Below are positions 14,521 to 29,028 of a stretch of 64,000 nucleotides of DNA, one piece after another. The stretch lies in NCBI RefSeq assembly GCF_009914755.1, contig NC_060930.1, one strand, 5' to 3'. The stretch is from the human T2T-CHM13v2.0 reference genome, Homo sapiens. A program made the position numbers and the translations under genes. Each line of letters starts with the position of its first letter. Within the stretch, counting starts at the first letter, position 1. The notes beneath the pieces were generated by a model that was given only the letters and a program-made list of their open reading frames with translations, did not search any database and was not told the DNA's origin.

Positions 14521-14965
14521 TTCTGAGAACTGGTTGCAATATGGAGAAGTTTGTAAAGCGTGGAAGCGTGGGGACAATGCTGACAATGGGATGCAGTTTA
14601 GGGGCTTGGTTTCTGAGGAATGGGACAACCTCACCTCGGGTCAGAATGGAGTCAGGATTCTGCACCCCTGACTTTGGGGCTTCTCAGTCCCTTCTCAGAA
14701 TCTGGAGTTGGGCAGAACTTGGAGACATACTAACCAGGCCCATAGGCCTGAGTGGCCCCAGCTGTGCCACCTGGACTACAGAGGGCAGGCGGGAATCAGG
14801 CAGGTCCTTACAATCAGGGCTGATCCCTGGTTGTTCTTCTCCTTGTGTGACCTGAGACCTGCCTTGGGTTATTAGTTCTGACCACTAGGGCCATGAACAG
14901 CAAGTCTAAATCTTTCAAACAGCAGCCTTCCAATTATTTAAGGCTCTTATCGCAGTATTCTGGGC

Positions 14966-15195
14966 AGTGATTTTTCAAACTTTATAAGCAAGAGAAGCCC
15001 CCTCTCCCCACTGCTCACCACTCTTTGATGTGAATCTTATGCTACAGTCCAAATGTAAAGCAGAGAAAAGCAGAGCTGCTCCCTCTCTACCTGGGTTAGG
15101 GACCTGTTGTCCCACCCACTCCCTCTCTGCTCCCTGTATCTTGGCAGCCCCTTGGGCATCCCTGTGAAATTTTCAATGCACTTTGAAAGCCACTC
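14966..15195 (+). mobile_element. hAT-Charlie MITE (MER103-like) within an L3/CR1 relic
   Basis: Degenerate TIRs CAGTGATTTTTCAAA / TTTGAAAGCCACTC; internal AAAAGCAGAGCTGCTC. Confidence 0.55.
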
Positions 15196-15473
15196 CCTGA
15201 GACTTCTGTTTTTTAGGCTGAATACCTCTAGTTCCCTCCATAACTCCTCTGTATATCTATAAGCTTCCACAACCTTCACCAACCTGGTGAATACCAGGTG
15301 AACTGTATTTTGTCAGCATGTACTCGGGGACCATAAGTAGTCTGACCACCACAGCTCAGACCTTCTGTGAGCTAGACTCCTGGACACCCTGGAGTCCTTC
15401 CTTCCATGTGTATATATCTGCCCATCTACATTTTTGGTGTTCATTAGTTCATTTCATAAACACTTAACAGATC

Positions 15474-15872
15474 TGATAAAAGAAAAACTTCAGCTGAATT
15501 AAATTTAAAGAAGTTTCATTGAGCAATGAACGACTCACTAATTGAGCAGCCTTCCAGGCCAGAGAAGGCTCAGAGACTCCAGCGCAGCCACGTAGTAGAA
15601 AAAGATTTATGGACAGGAAAAGGAAAGTGATGTACAGAAAACAGAAGTGAGGTACAGAAACGGCAGGATTGGTTACAAGTTGGCATTTGCCTTGTTTGAA
15701 CATGGTTCAAACAGCTGGCTACATTTGATTGGCCAAAACTTGAAGATTGGCACAAGCATAGGCTATGGTCTGTTTACACCTCCACTTGCTATAGTTTGTG
15801 ATGTACAGAAAAACCTTTAGGCCAAACTTAAAATATGCAAGGAAGCAGCTTTAGGCTAAACTTGATTTAACA
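15474..15872 (-). mobile_element. MER57 (ERV1) solo LTR with 4-bp TSD GATC
   Basis: TG...CA termini; ends AGCAGCTTTAGGCTAAACTTGATTTAACA; GATC at 15470-73 and 15873-76. Confidence 0.85.
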
Positions 15873-18316
15873 GATCCCAACTATGAGGTTTAATATTAAG
15901 CCTTCTATGTTAAGAACTGGAGTTAAAGGGAAAAATTAAATATGGTCTTTATGTTGAAGGGGGTTGAGGAAGGTTGGGGAGAGGTTTGCTTGGCTCTAGT
16001 TGGTAAGTGCTATGATAACTATCTGTCAAGGTGCAGGACACAGGCCAGTGATTCTACCTGTGGAGGGCTGGAGAGGGCCTCCTCCCAACCAACTGGCTTC
16101 ACCAGCGTCTCTTCTAGCTCTGCATTCCAGTCCCTAGCTGTGTGACCTGGGGTAGATCACATACCTCTATGCATCCTCACCTGTTTTGTCTTGTTTAATA
16201 TGAGGAAATTTGACCCAAATATTTCCAAAGTCCTTCCATGTTCCATCCCATGTGCCAGTTGTGATAGTTTGCAGCTTCTGATTTGGTACTGCCGGCTGGA
16301 GCTTGGGATGCATTTTTCTCATTTAGACACATTCTCCAGTAGTGGTTAGGAGTACTTTGTTAGAAGCTCAACAGTATCTTGAAATCTGACAGTAGCATTT
16401 CTCAGAGGAATATTCATGATCCTTGGGATTAAGACCTTATTTTTCCAGAATTCAGAAAATCCTCTGAACTCGTCATTCATAGCCTCACATTGCCTCTGCT
16501 TGGCAGCTCTTATTTCATGTTGGGACCCTTAAACTTAGTCACTAATTCTGACAACACTCCTACTCTTGTATCCTGGATCAGCACAAGTATTTGCTTTCAT
16601 TCTGGCCTAAATCTCCATCCCATCCCCATTTCTGATTTTGATCTTTTTAGATCTCAGCCAGTGTATTGTGCAGACAGACTCTTGGTGCTGTGTGTAAGTA
16701 GAACCTAACTACCATTACAACACTCCCTATGCTCAATCAAGTTTGTGGTGTAGAACAACTGACTTCTGAACAAATTTGGAACATGGCCCCTTTAGAAGTC
16801 CAGGACTTTCTATTAACTTTTGCTTATTTTTCTTTTTTTCAGTCTTAATGTATTTACCCTCTGGCCAGTCATCCAGTGATCACTTACATCAAACTTAGCA
16901 TGAAAAGATTTTTTAAGTTGAAAATGTATGTCGATTTTACTTTAAGAGAATCGGTTCTTCTGTTCACCTAAACTATACTTAATTTTCTCTTCTTGGTAAA
17001 GGTGATGTCTTTTTTCTCTAATACTAGATATTCAAATTTCCTACCAGTTAAACATCGCTTATCTTGTTTATTTTGTACACACACTCCAAAGGTGCTTACT
17101 TGCGGTTATTAATGCCATATAACTCTGAATCCCTCAGCCCTTCTTCTTTGGACATGATTTGTATCCCTCTGGGACTCTGGAACTTTCAGATGTTACTCAA
17201 GGGAGATTTTTGAGATTTCTGGTCATTAGATATCCCCATTTAATTCCAAGTAGGGATGTCTAGTGATTTTTTTCTTTTATATTTATGACTTTTGAGAGCA
17301 TAATTTGTTGTCTTGGTTTTCAGATTCCTTTGAGTTGTAAGGGTTTCTGATTTGAGAACTTCAACTTTGTTTCTCTTAGCAACCCTAATTTCAATCTTAA
17401 TCTTCAATCTTTCTAACATAGCACAGTCTTCCAAGATAATGTTTTGTATCAGCATCCTAAAAGAGAAAGAAGAAAATATACAAAACGAGAGCTGTGTTGT
17501 GGCAAGCATGCATAAGACTATAATCATATATACCATCTTTACACTATACCCTAGTCCATAAAACTCCTTTGTGTATGCCCTTTTATATATAGTGCATTTA
17601 AGAGTTTTGAGAGAGAGAAAGGGGAGAATCTACCAAGCTTTGGCTCTCACAGCGTTCCTTTTTCATGTCTTTGTCTCTTAAGGCTTCTCATTCTTATCCT
17701 TCTTAAAGGTAAATATGACCTTCTCATAACAACTGCAAGTGAAGTGAAAGGCACCTTTCACTACCTTTCTCACCATTGTCTTTATCTGAATTGTAGCCCG
17801 AATATATTAATATGATATATTTGGTCATTGTTCTATACAAATAAGCAAACAAAAACCCAAACTCAATTGAGACAATTTGACTGTGATTGTCTATTCACCA
17901 GACAGAACATTTTTTTTCTAAAGAAATTGGAAATTCTTTAAGCAGTAGTCTGTTCTGGAGAGTCCTTAGAGACTACAGCTGTTCTGCTCCTAGCTCTATA
18001 GTCTTCACCTTCTGTTTGTTCCCTCCTTTCTTGTTTTGTTATCCTTTAACACTGAATATACTGCTGAACTTTTAATGATGTTCTTTTCTATTTTTAGATT
18101 TTTCTTTTGCATTTTTTTCCTCCCCTGAGAATGGTGCACATTTGAAAGCTGACTTTGAATTCATGAGAGCACTGTGTTTTCAGTACAGATTTTCTGCTTT
18201 GCTCCTCTTCTTGGTGTAAGTGAGCTGACTCTGCCCCAGGGCCGTCCCAACTGCAGAATGTGCCCTTGTTCCCTCAAGGCTTATTATCACCATTTCACAG
18301 AGAGGAAGAAAATATT

Positions 18317-18656
<340 letters not shown>

Positions 18657-18693
18657 TCAGCAGAGCCAATCTCACTGAAGAATAGAAAGTTGT

Positions 18694-19040
<347 letters not shown>

Positions 19041-19344
19041 TCAAATAAGATAGCAGAGTGGCAAATATAGGCAGCTTTATGGCATAAGGTATGGTGTAAT
19101 TATAGTTTATCTATTATAGTATTATTAGTATTATGCATGTTTGCTACAACACAGCTCTCTTTGTGTATATTTTGTTCTCATTTTCTCTCTCTTTTAGGGG
19201 TCTGTTACTTAACTTTATCTTGGAAGACTATGTGCTGTGTTAGAAAGAACATAAAACTGAAAGCTAGAAAATCCCAGTACTAATCCTGGCTTCATGAACT
19301 GTAATGTGACATATAAATGCTGGTTATTGTTGCTACTATTAACA

Positions 19345-19565
19345 ACAATAGCCAGGAATGTATTGAGTGCCTGCTGTGGGTTAAGCTTTTTACATGTGTT
19401 AGTTCATTTAATCCTCATGACAGCCCCTTAAAGGGGGTCGTTATTATATTATCTTCATATGACAGGAGAGGAAATCAAGCTTTAGAGAGGTTACCCAACA
19501 TCACACCTCTAGTAAGTGGTATTCAGACTCAGGTTTGTATGATTCAGAGCTCCTAGTCATTGCTA
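19345..19565 (-). mobile_element. MIR
   Basis: TATTGAGTGCC...CATTTAATCCTCATGACAGCCC...AGAGAGGTTA. Confidence 0.75.
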
Positions 19566-20204
19566 CCACACCTCATCTTTTTTTAGTATTATTGATAACT
19601 ATAGCAAGAATAAGGGTAATGCATGCAGGTCAATGCTGCATGATCATCTACTTTATCCCTTTCCAAATTGGTAGAACCAACTGTTTGACTTTGAAGCTAA
19701 AATGAATCCCAAGGATCACTTAGTGGAGCCTCCTCAATTCACAATTGAGGAAACTAAAGCCCCAAGAAAGGAAATGCCTTTTCTAAGCTGACAGTAAACT
19801 CCAGTGTGGACACCTGAACCTCCGAACCATCTGACTGTATGTGAACACAATTTCCTGCTTTCTTCTCATTCACCATGCAACTGATGATCACATTTGTGTA
19901 TTCCTCTCCCAGGGACTACAGATCTGATACTTTGGGTGGATGTCAGAGATCCACATGATTTAAAGCAGGAAATCAGGCCTGGTCTTTTCAAGGTCTTAGG
20001 TTCGCCAGGTGGGTGACTTCCATGCTGTCTTTACAAGTGACAATTTCCCAAAGGGATAAACTCACCACATACTGTCTCTCATTTTATTGCCCTGTTGGCT
20101 TTCTTATGCACTCTGTCAGTGTCCACAACCGTCTTCATAATAGGATCAACACTGACACTTGAGATACTATAGTCCAATAAATTGAAGGTCTCCAACTCAT
20201 GACT

Positions 20205-20785
20205 CCTTGTATCAAGTAGGATACAATCTGCTGCAAGGGACAAATAACGAATCAAAAATTGAGACTCATTAAGCTTAAATAATAAGAGGTTTGTTATCAA
20301 AGAAATCAGGAGGTCTGGAAGAAGAGGCATGCTGGTGATGGTCAGCTAAGTGGCTCCATGACATTTAGGACCTATGTTCTTTCCACCTTTCTGCTCTGCC
20401 AACCTCAGTTGTCACTTAGCTCCCTCCAGGTTTCAAAATGGCTACAGCAGTTCCAGGCATCCCATCCTCACATCAGCCAATGTCCGGAGGCAGAAAATAG
20501 TGACTGTCTCATCCTTGCATAAAAGCAAAGAAGTCATTCCCAGGAATCACCCCCTGCTAACTGGCCAGCAGAGGGTCATATGTCATTTCCTAAGTCCATC
20601 ACTAGCAAGGGAATATAATTTCCATGACTGGTTTAAACTAATTAAAATCTACCTGTATGGGGATGAGAGGGGCCTAGCCTTTCCAGAGGTCTTATAGAGG
20701 AATGTGGATTCTTGAAGAACTTCAAGGTTCTGATGGCAAGGAAGAAATGGGAATGGTGACTGATTAGGCATTTTGATATACTATC
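20205..20785 (-). mobile_element. MaLR LTR (MLT1K/L-like)
   Basis: AAAATGGCTACAGCAGTTCCAGGCATC...CTGGCCAGCAGAGGGTCATATG. Confidence 0.7.
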
Positions 20786-20896
20786 ATCCTAAAATCATTT
20801 TAAACTAAAAAGTAAAGCATCATCACATTATGGAACTTGTCCTTTTTCCTTACTCAGTTACATCAAAAATGTCTGTCAGAAAACTAAGACAATTTT

Positions 20897-21190
20897 GGCC
20901 AAGTTTGGTGGCTCACTCCTAGCAGTTTAGGAGGCCGAGGCAGGTGGATTTCTTGAGCTCAGGAGTTCAAAATCAGCCTGGGAAACATGGCGAAACCCCA
21001 TCTCTACAAAAAATACAAAAATTGACTGGGCCTGGGAGAACACACTGTAGTCCCAGCTACTTGGGAGGCAGAGGCATGAGGACCACCTAACCCCAGGGAG
21101 GCTGTAGTAAGCTGTGATCGCACCATTGAGCTCCAGCCTGGGTGACATATTGAGACCATGTCTTAAGAAAGAAAAAAAAAAGAAAAGAAA
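20897..21190 (+). mobile_element. AluJ
   Basis: Diverged dimer, CTTGAGCTCAGGAGTTC, degenerate TSD. Confidence 0.9.
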
Positions 21191-21219
21191 ATTAAGAAAA
21201 ATTTAATAGTAAATTAGGA

Positions 21220-22270
<1,051 letters not shown>

Positions 22271-23569
22271 TACAAACCTATAAAAGAGTCTGAGACAGTC
22301 TTTTAGTATTTACTTTTCCCTTTTCCTTCTCTGTGAACACATCTGAGAAAAATTCTGCCACCCCTTTTTGGTGGTCTAATCTAGATGTATCCAAGATTGA
22401 GCTTTCTGTCCCGTTTTCTGCATCAGTTGATCTCTTTTCATGTTTTTCTAGGAAAGTTTTCTTCTGCTGTTTCCCCCTTTCTAGCTTTCTTCATGCACAT
22501 TGGCCTCATTGTGTTAGTGTAATTTTCCCTCTCCGATATTCTGTCAATATTCTCTGTGAGCCTTTCATTCGTTCTTCATTCCTATTTTGTCTCTTAAATT
22601 GCCTTGCATTGATTCTACTCCTCACCGTCTTCTTCATGTCTTTTTTCCTGCAATTGCCTATCGATCTTGTCTATCTTGAAGGCTGAGAAGGACTTTCTGT
22701 TCATTAATTACTTGGCTTACTTTCACCTATTCTCCTCCTGTCTAGAAAATTACTCATCTCCATACACCCTTAGCAAGACTACTGAGATGTGCTCAAATTG
22801 CTGGAAAGCTAAAGAACAAGGTCAGAAGGCAGGTAGGAGCCACGGGAAGCTGAGTAGCTTTGAGGTCATGCCATAGAAGCAGTCTGGCTAGGACACTGTC
22901 ACAGGTGTAGCAGCTATTGTCACTGCTGGACATTGTCACTGAAAATGGATTTAAACTGCCCTTGTGCTTTCATACTCAGCTGAGAATCAGAGTTGGGGTT
23001 GGAACACCTGACAGATGGATCTAGGTCAGGTGTCCATACCCTTCTGGCTGCCAGTGGGGAGACCGGTCTTCCCTGTTTGGCTTTCATGGTGGGAGATTGG
23101 ACAGCCAAGCCTCATACAAAGAAAGGTCCCCGCCATGGGAAGAAAGTTCAGATCCTGACCGAGAATAAACAAATAAGTAAAAACAGAAAACCAGTGTCTT
23201 CTGCACTTTTCAGAATCCCGTGGTCCCAAAGGCAAAGAGCCTGGACTTTATACTGTTATTCTACAGTGCAGATACCTTCTGTTAAGTAGAATTCACCTAT
23301 GCAGCATTTTCTTTTTGCCTTTTCATGAGGAATTCTCTAGCTCTGGCATCGTATTGCGAGCTAAGAGGATACCTTTCACTTTCCTCTTATTACTATAATG
23401 ACCTTACTTCATGCTGGGTTTTGCTTATCTCTCTCCACAAAGGCAGCTTTTTCTGTAATGGCTTGGTCCATTGCTGATTCTCAAGCATGTCTGTCTCTTC
23501 TCCCATACCGACCCCTCCCTGGCATATGCACCGTTCGGCAGAATGTTAACTAACGCTCTTTTTCCATTA

Positions 23570-23680
23570 AACTAAAAGCTCCTTGAGGGCACATATTGCC
23601 TCTTTACCCTTAACACCTAGTACTGGGCCTGGCACATATCATACATAATGAATGAATGAATGAATGAATGAATGAATAAA
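23570..23680 (+). mobile_element. L2 3' end with (TGAA)n tail
   Basis: AAGCTCCTTGAGGGC...CCTGGCACAT...(TGAA)n. Confidence 0.75.
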
Positions 23681-24279
23681 CACATGTTCCCTCTTCTGTA
23701 TTTTTAGTTCAGTGTTTTACAGCAAACACGTGTCCTGTATTTCCTGGAACCATTGGTGGTGAAATTTTCTTCTTTTCAATAAAAAATACTCGTTAACTGT
23801 CTAACTAGATATGCTTCATTTCTGTACAATTATAAAGCTTTCTTTATCAATACCTTCTTAGGTCATAGATGATTCATTGTGAAGCCACATTTCAATTTTG
23901 GTTCAGAAAAAGGTAATTCCTGTAATTATCATCAGAGATAGCATACAATTCTTGAAATGCTATTTAAAAAAAGGAAAAGCACCTTGTACAATTTCTTCTC
24001 ACAAAGACCAAAAATAAAACCTCAAATGGAAATGTTTGAGTCTTAAATATATGTCTCTTGTTACCTTATCTATTTTTTATGACAAATGTAAGGGAGTGGG
24101 GATGTTAGCTTATGCGGAAGCCAGATCTATTATTGGGGTCAGATTTCTTTGTAGACTGTTGGGCAGCTCCCTGATGGATGTCCCCTATATGGGGCTCCCA
24201 CTCAATATCTGGCCTGTGTCCTTTGGCCTGAAGGATGTGTTCTGCAACCATAACTCAGGGAAATAATTCTCCACCCTAT

Positions 24280-24671
24280 CTGACCACCTTTTGATGATTA
24301 CATTCTTTAACGACTTCTTTTACTATTCTAAAATAAAATTCATGAGAAACATAACCTATCTACACACACATTTTTAAAAACACCAAAAAATACTCTAACT
24401 GGAATATAAAGAAGACATAAAAGGAGATTAATTTATGATGCACTCTTGTGCATTTCAATAAGTATTAAAGGCTCAACACAACCATTCTAGAAGACAAAAG
24501 GAAGTCATAAGACACTTCACCTCTCAGCATGAATGTGTGGCAGCTAGGAGCACAGGTGAGTAGAAGTGTGTATGTGGAATGGTGAATATTATTGGCTATA
24601 TTCCAAATAAAACTTAATAAAAGCTTCCCTTAATTCATATAGTAGGTGTATTACTGGGAAATTCACTAATT
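24280..24671. mobile_element. Possible hAT-Charlie DNA transposon fragment
   Basis: AATAAAATTCATGAGAAACATAACCTATCTACACAC... resembles Charlie internal sequence, from memory. Confidence 0.35.
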
Positions 24672-24682
24672 AAAAACTATGC

Positions 24683-24958
24683 CCCAGCACTTTGGGAGGC
24701 TGAGGCGGGCAGATCACGAGGTCAGGAGTTCAAAACAAGCCTGGCCAACATAGTGAAACCCCGTCTCTACTAAAAATACAAAAAAATTAGCTGGCATGGT
24801 GACAGGCCATTTGTAATCCCAGCTATTCGGGAGGCTGAAGCAGGAGAATTGCTTTGAACCCAGGAGGTGGAGGTTGCAGTGAGCAGAGATGGTGCCACTG
24901 TACTCCAGCCTGGGCGACAGTGCGAGACTGTGTCTCAAAAAACAAACAAACAAAAAAA
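24683..24958 (+). mobile_element. 5'-truncated AluS with TSD AAAAACTATGCC
   Basis: Starts at CCCAGCACTTTGG and lacks the A-box region; TSD at 24672 and 24954 shows truncation at insertion. Confidence 0.93.
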
Positions 24959-25027
24959 CTATGCCAAAATTTTGGGGGCTTGTGTGCAAAATAGAGTAAG
25001 GATCTATGTTCAAAAAATTGGAAAACT

Positions 25028-26070
25028 TTTTATATTTTTATTATGAAAAATTTCAGACATATAGAAGAGTTGAAAGAATAGCACAATAAATACTGGTATA
25101 TATCCAAAAAGGTTGAACACAAATTCAACCATTTTTTTCCCAGAATCATTTGAAAGTGATGAAACATATCACAATTTATTTCACTATGTAGCTTCTAAAA
25201 ATGACATTGTCCTACATATTTATGATACCATTATAACATCTAAGAAAATTAACAATTTCATAATACCGCCTGATATCTAGTCCATAAACAAATTTCTCCA
25301 GTTGACCCAAGCATTATTTTCAAGGCTGATTTTTAAAAATCAGGATCCAATCAGCATTCACCCATTATATTTGTTATATTTTACTAGTTTCTTTTAATCT
25401 AGAATAATCCCTTCATCTTTTTCTCCCATGACATTGATTTTTTTTTACACATCTGCCATTGGTTTTTGAAAACAAATTTGCCTTTCCTTTCTTATAATTG
25501 GAATCAATCATTCATCCAAGGATCTCTAATTCCATGGACAGAGCTAAGGCTGTGTGTGTACTTTTTTGTAATTGAGTTCATAAGCTACTTCCAATTCAAA
25601 TAAAACATTGCAGAGATTTATCCTTTACATCTATTTTCTTAAGTTGACAATTTTGGTTCCTAATAACGTATATTCACTTATTTACTTTCGCCCTCAACAT
25701 TAAAAAAATACTTTAAAAAAGACCATACCTGTAGATGTTATGTACATCCTGAAGTCTGTTCATATCAGTCTATCTAATTCTTTTCTTAATGGCTACATTA
25801 TATTGTATTGTGTAGACGCACCTTAGTTTATTCAACCAGTGACACATTTATGGATGTTTGTATTGCTTCTAATCTTTTTAAAATTACAACAAATGCTGCC
25901 ATTAATAACCCTGTATACATACTATTTTGTATTTGTGGAGGGGTAACTTACGAGTGGATTCTAGAAGTGGGATCACTGGGCAAACATTTAGAGTTTTAGA
26001 GTTTGCCAAATTCTCCTCCATAGAAGTTGCACCATTTTGCCTCCCCACCAGCAGTGTATAATAACATGTT
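25028..26070 (-). mobile_element. Old L1 3' fragments (L1MC/L1ME-like)
   Basis: TTATGAAAAATTTCAGACATATAGAAGAGTTGAAAGAATAG; CAGGATCCAATC; CCATTTTGCCTCCCACCAGCAGTGTAT. Confidence 0.7.
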
Positions 26071-26119
26071 ACAAAAGGTTTTTCGTCTACACAAACATCC
26101 ATATTGTACTGAAAAAGCC

Positions 26120-26310
26120 ATGAGGGATACAGGACAATCCTTCCTTGGACATGGGGCAGTTCTCTATTCTGTGCACTGTCTGCCCACTGCAGGGTGTTGA
26201 CTGTCCCTGGGCTCTGCCCTCTAACTCCCAGGAGGACCCTCACTTTACAACAACCCCAAAACTCCAGTGCAAATGCCCAAAATGCTCCATTAAGAGCGCC
26301 TCTGCTCCAG
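26120..26310 (-). mobile_element. MER20-family hAT element fragment
   Basis: CACTGCAGGGTGTTGACTGTCCCTGG...ACAACCCCAAAA..CAAATGCCC. Confidence 0.45.
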
Positions 26311-27100
26311 ATACTCTAAAATCTACTCTTGGGATGAAGACAGGCCCTTAGAAAGCTGTGTAGTCAGGCCACATGGTTTTTTGCTTCCCGTATAATTGTT
26401 TTTGCTGACTTGCACTTGACATTATTGTATTTGCCAAGGACATGAGGTGAAGCAGCCCTATGAAGCTGCAAGTCAGAACTTCTGTGGGGATGCTCTTGCT
26501 CACGACATCCTACTGGGCTCTCTTTCCAAGGACACTGGGAGAAATGCCTCTCTCGTATAGATCCTGGGAGAGTTTTGTTTCTCTTGCCATTGTCCTCTGA
26601 ATACAATGCATCACAAACTTGATCTCGCTCTCCTGTTTGTACTGGATGCTAGAACATGACTAGGCCAGTCTGTGCTCTGTTTCTGGCTTGGACACAGGAT
26701 TTTACAATGGCATTTTGTGGACAAACCATCCCTAGATCTATCTTATTTTCCTATAGTCTTCATTTCTCCTTGTCTTATTTTCCTGACTCACCTTTTTAAA
26801 AAAATCAGTGGATTATATGATTTTCTAGTGTAATTAAATGATTTTCTAAGTTGCCTTAAAGAAATAAAAATTCAGCACCAGCCTCACAGAATTGTTGTCA
26901 GGATTATGCATGTAGGGCAGCTAGCCATGCCTGGCAGAAAAAAGGAGCAAGTAGTCCCTGCATCAGTCCTGTGTTCCTATCCCTCCACCTCCACCCCATA
27001 CCCCTCCCACCAAAGCACACCTGCTCTCCACGACTAATGACAATGTCCGTGGATTCACTGAGTCCTACTTCTCCCTTTCTAGTTAGGTGCCCAGATGAGC

Positions 27101-27407
27101 TTTTGTTTTTGTTTTTGTTTTGTTTTTTTTGAGATGGAGTCTCACTGCAACACTCAGGCTGGAGTGCAACTGTGCCATCTTGGCTCACTGCAACCTCCAC
27201 TTCCTGGGTTCGAGCAATTCTCCTGCCTCAGCCTCCTGAGTAGCTGGGACTACAGGTGCCTGCCGCCACGCCTGGCTAATTTTCATATTTTTAGTAGAGA
27301 CGGGGTTTCACCATATTGGCCAGGCTGGTCTCGAACTCCTGACCTCAAGTGATCTGCACCCCCCTTGGCCTCCCAAAGTGCTGGGATTACAGGTGTGAGC
27401 CTGGTCA
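27101..27407 (-). mobile_element. AluSx/Sz with TSD AGATGAGCTTTTG
   Basis: Full dimer; TSD at 27093 and 27408. Confidence 0.95.
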
Positions 27408-27556
27408 AGATGAGCTTTTGAACGTGAACAAAATGTGTGTGTCTGCATGACATGGGCCACACAGTAGGTTACTTTCTTTACAGCACGACAGTAAATGTTT
27501 TTTCTGCATTAAGGAATGGATAGCTGTTCTTGTATCTGAAGATACTTGAACACGAG

Positions 27557-29028
27557 TGTATTAGTCAGGGTTCTCCAGAGAAACAGAACCAATAAGAGAT
27601 ATCTGTATATAAGTCTATATAGAGAACTATAGATAGATCATACAGGTATAGATACATAGAGAAAGAGTTGAAAAAACCAACTGTTTTTCCCATTATACTC
27701 TCACAACACAGAATGCTCCTGTAACCAAATGTGTGTGGGTTCCCCCCACCCCCAACTCCCCGCCACACCCAACAAGTGAGCAATTCTGCGGCAGACATCA
27801 GCTGGGTTTGCTCTAATTCAATTCAATTCAATGCTGATACTCCCTATCTACCTGCGGGGAGATCCCACAGGGTGAGAGCTCAGTCCCACAAGACTGCTCT
27901 GCCCTTCAGACTCCATTTGTGAGTCCCGGACTTCCAGAACTTCTGGCCAACAGGCTATACACTGGGGTGCCCATGACCCTTTCCTCAGATGTAATTAATG
28001 TGCTAGGGTGGTTCACAGAACTCAGGGAAACACTCTAACAGTTCCCCGTGTATTACAAAGGTGATTTTAAAGGATACAAGGGAGCAGCCGGATGAAGAGA
28101 TACAGAGAACGTGGTCTGGAAGGGTCTTGAGTGCACGAGCTTCTGTCCCCGTGTAGTAGTTGGGAGCCATCCTCCTGGTATGCGGATGAGTTCTTGTTTA
28201 CCAACCTGGAAGCCCCCTGAACTCAGTACTTCTGGGTTTTTATAGAAACTTTGTTATATAGCATGATTGATTATATCATTGGCCATTGGTGATCAACTCG
28301 ACCTTCAGCCCCTCTCCCCTCCCCAGAGGTGGAGCGAGGGACTGAAAGTTCCAATCCTCTAACACTTGGCTGGTTCCCGTGGCAACCAGCCCCCATCCTG
28401 ATGCTATCTAGAGGTCCCCAGCTGACTAGTTATCTCATTAGCACACACAAAATACTCTTATGACTCCAGAGATTCAAAGGATTTTAGGAGCTGTACATAA
28501 GGAAACTGGGAAAAAGATCAAATATATATATATATTTTACATCATCACATACACATATAAAAAGATATTTGTTATAAGAAATCAGCTCACATCTCACATG
28601 ATTATGGAGATTGAGAAGTCCCGAAGTCTGCAGTTGGCAAGCCGCAGACCCAGAAGACCGGATGGTGCAATTCCAGTCTGGGTCTAAAGGCCTGAGAATC
28701 AGAAGAGCTGACAGTGTGAGCTCCAGCCTGAAAGCCAGCAGGCTTGAGATCCGGGAAGAGCCAATGTTTCAGTTTGAGTCCAAAGGCAAGAAAAAATCCA
28801 ATGTCCCAGCTCACAGGCAGTCAGACAGGATGAGTTCCTGCTGTCTCAATCTTTCTGTTCCATTCAGGTCTTCAGCCGATTGCATGAGGCCCATTCACAT
28901 GAATCTGCTGTACTCAGGCTACTGATCCAAATGTTAATCTCATCACAGAAACACCCAGAATAATGTTTGGCAAAATGTCTGGGCATCCCGTGGCCCAGTC
29001 AAATTGACACATACAATTCACCGTCACA
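27557..29028 (-). mobile_element. MLT2B-like (ERVL) solo LTR, interrupted by MER21
   Basis: Starts TGTATTAGTCAGGGTTCTCCAGAGAAACAGAACCAATA; ends GGCCCAGTCAAATTGACACATACAATTCACCGTCACA. Confidence 0.9.
27668..28549 (-). mobile_element. MER21-like LTR nested in MLT2
   Basis: GGGTGAGAGCTCAGTCCCACAAGACTGC...CACAGAACTCAGGGAAACAC...TTGGCCATTGGTGATCAACTC...GGCAACCAGCCCCCATCCTGA. Confidence 0.85.
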
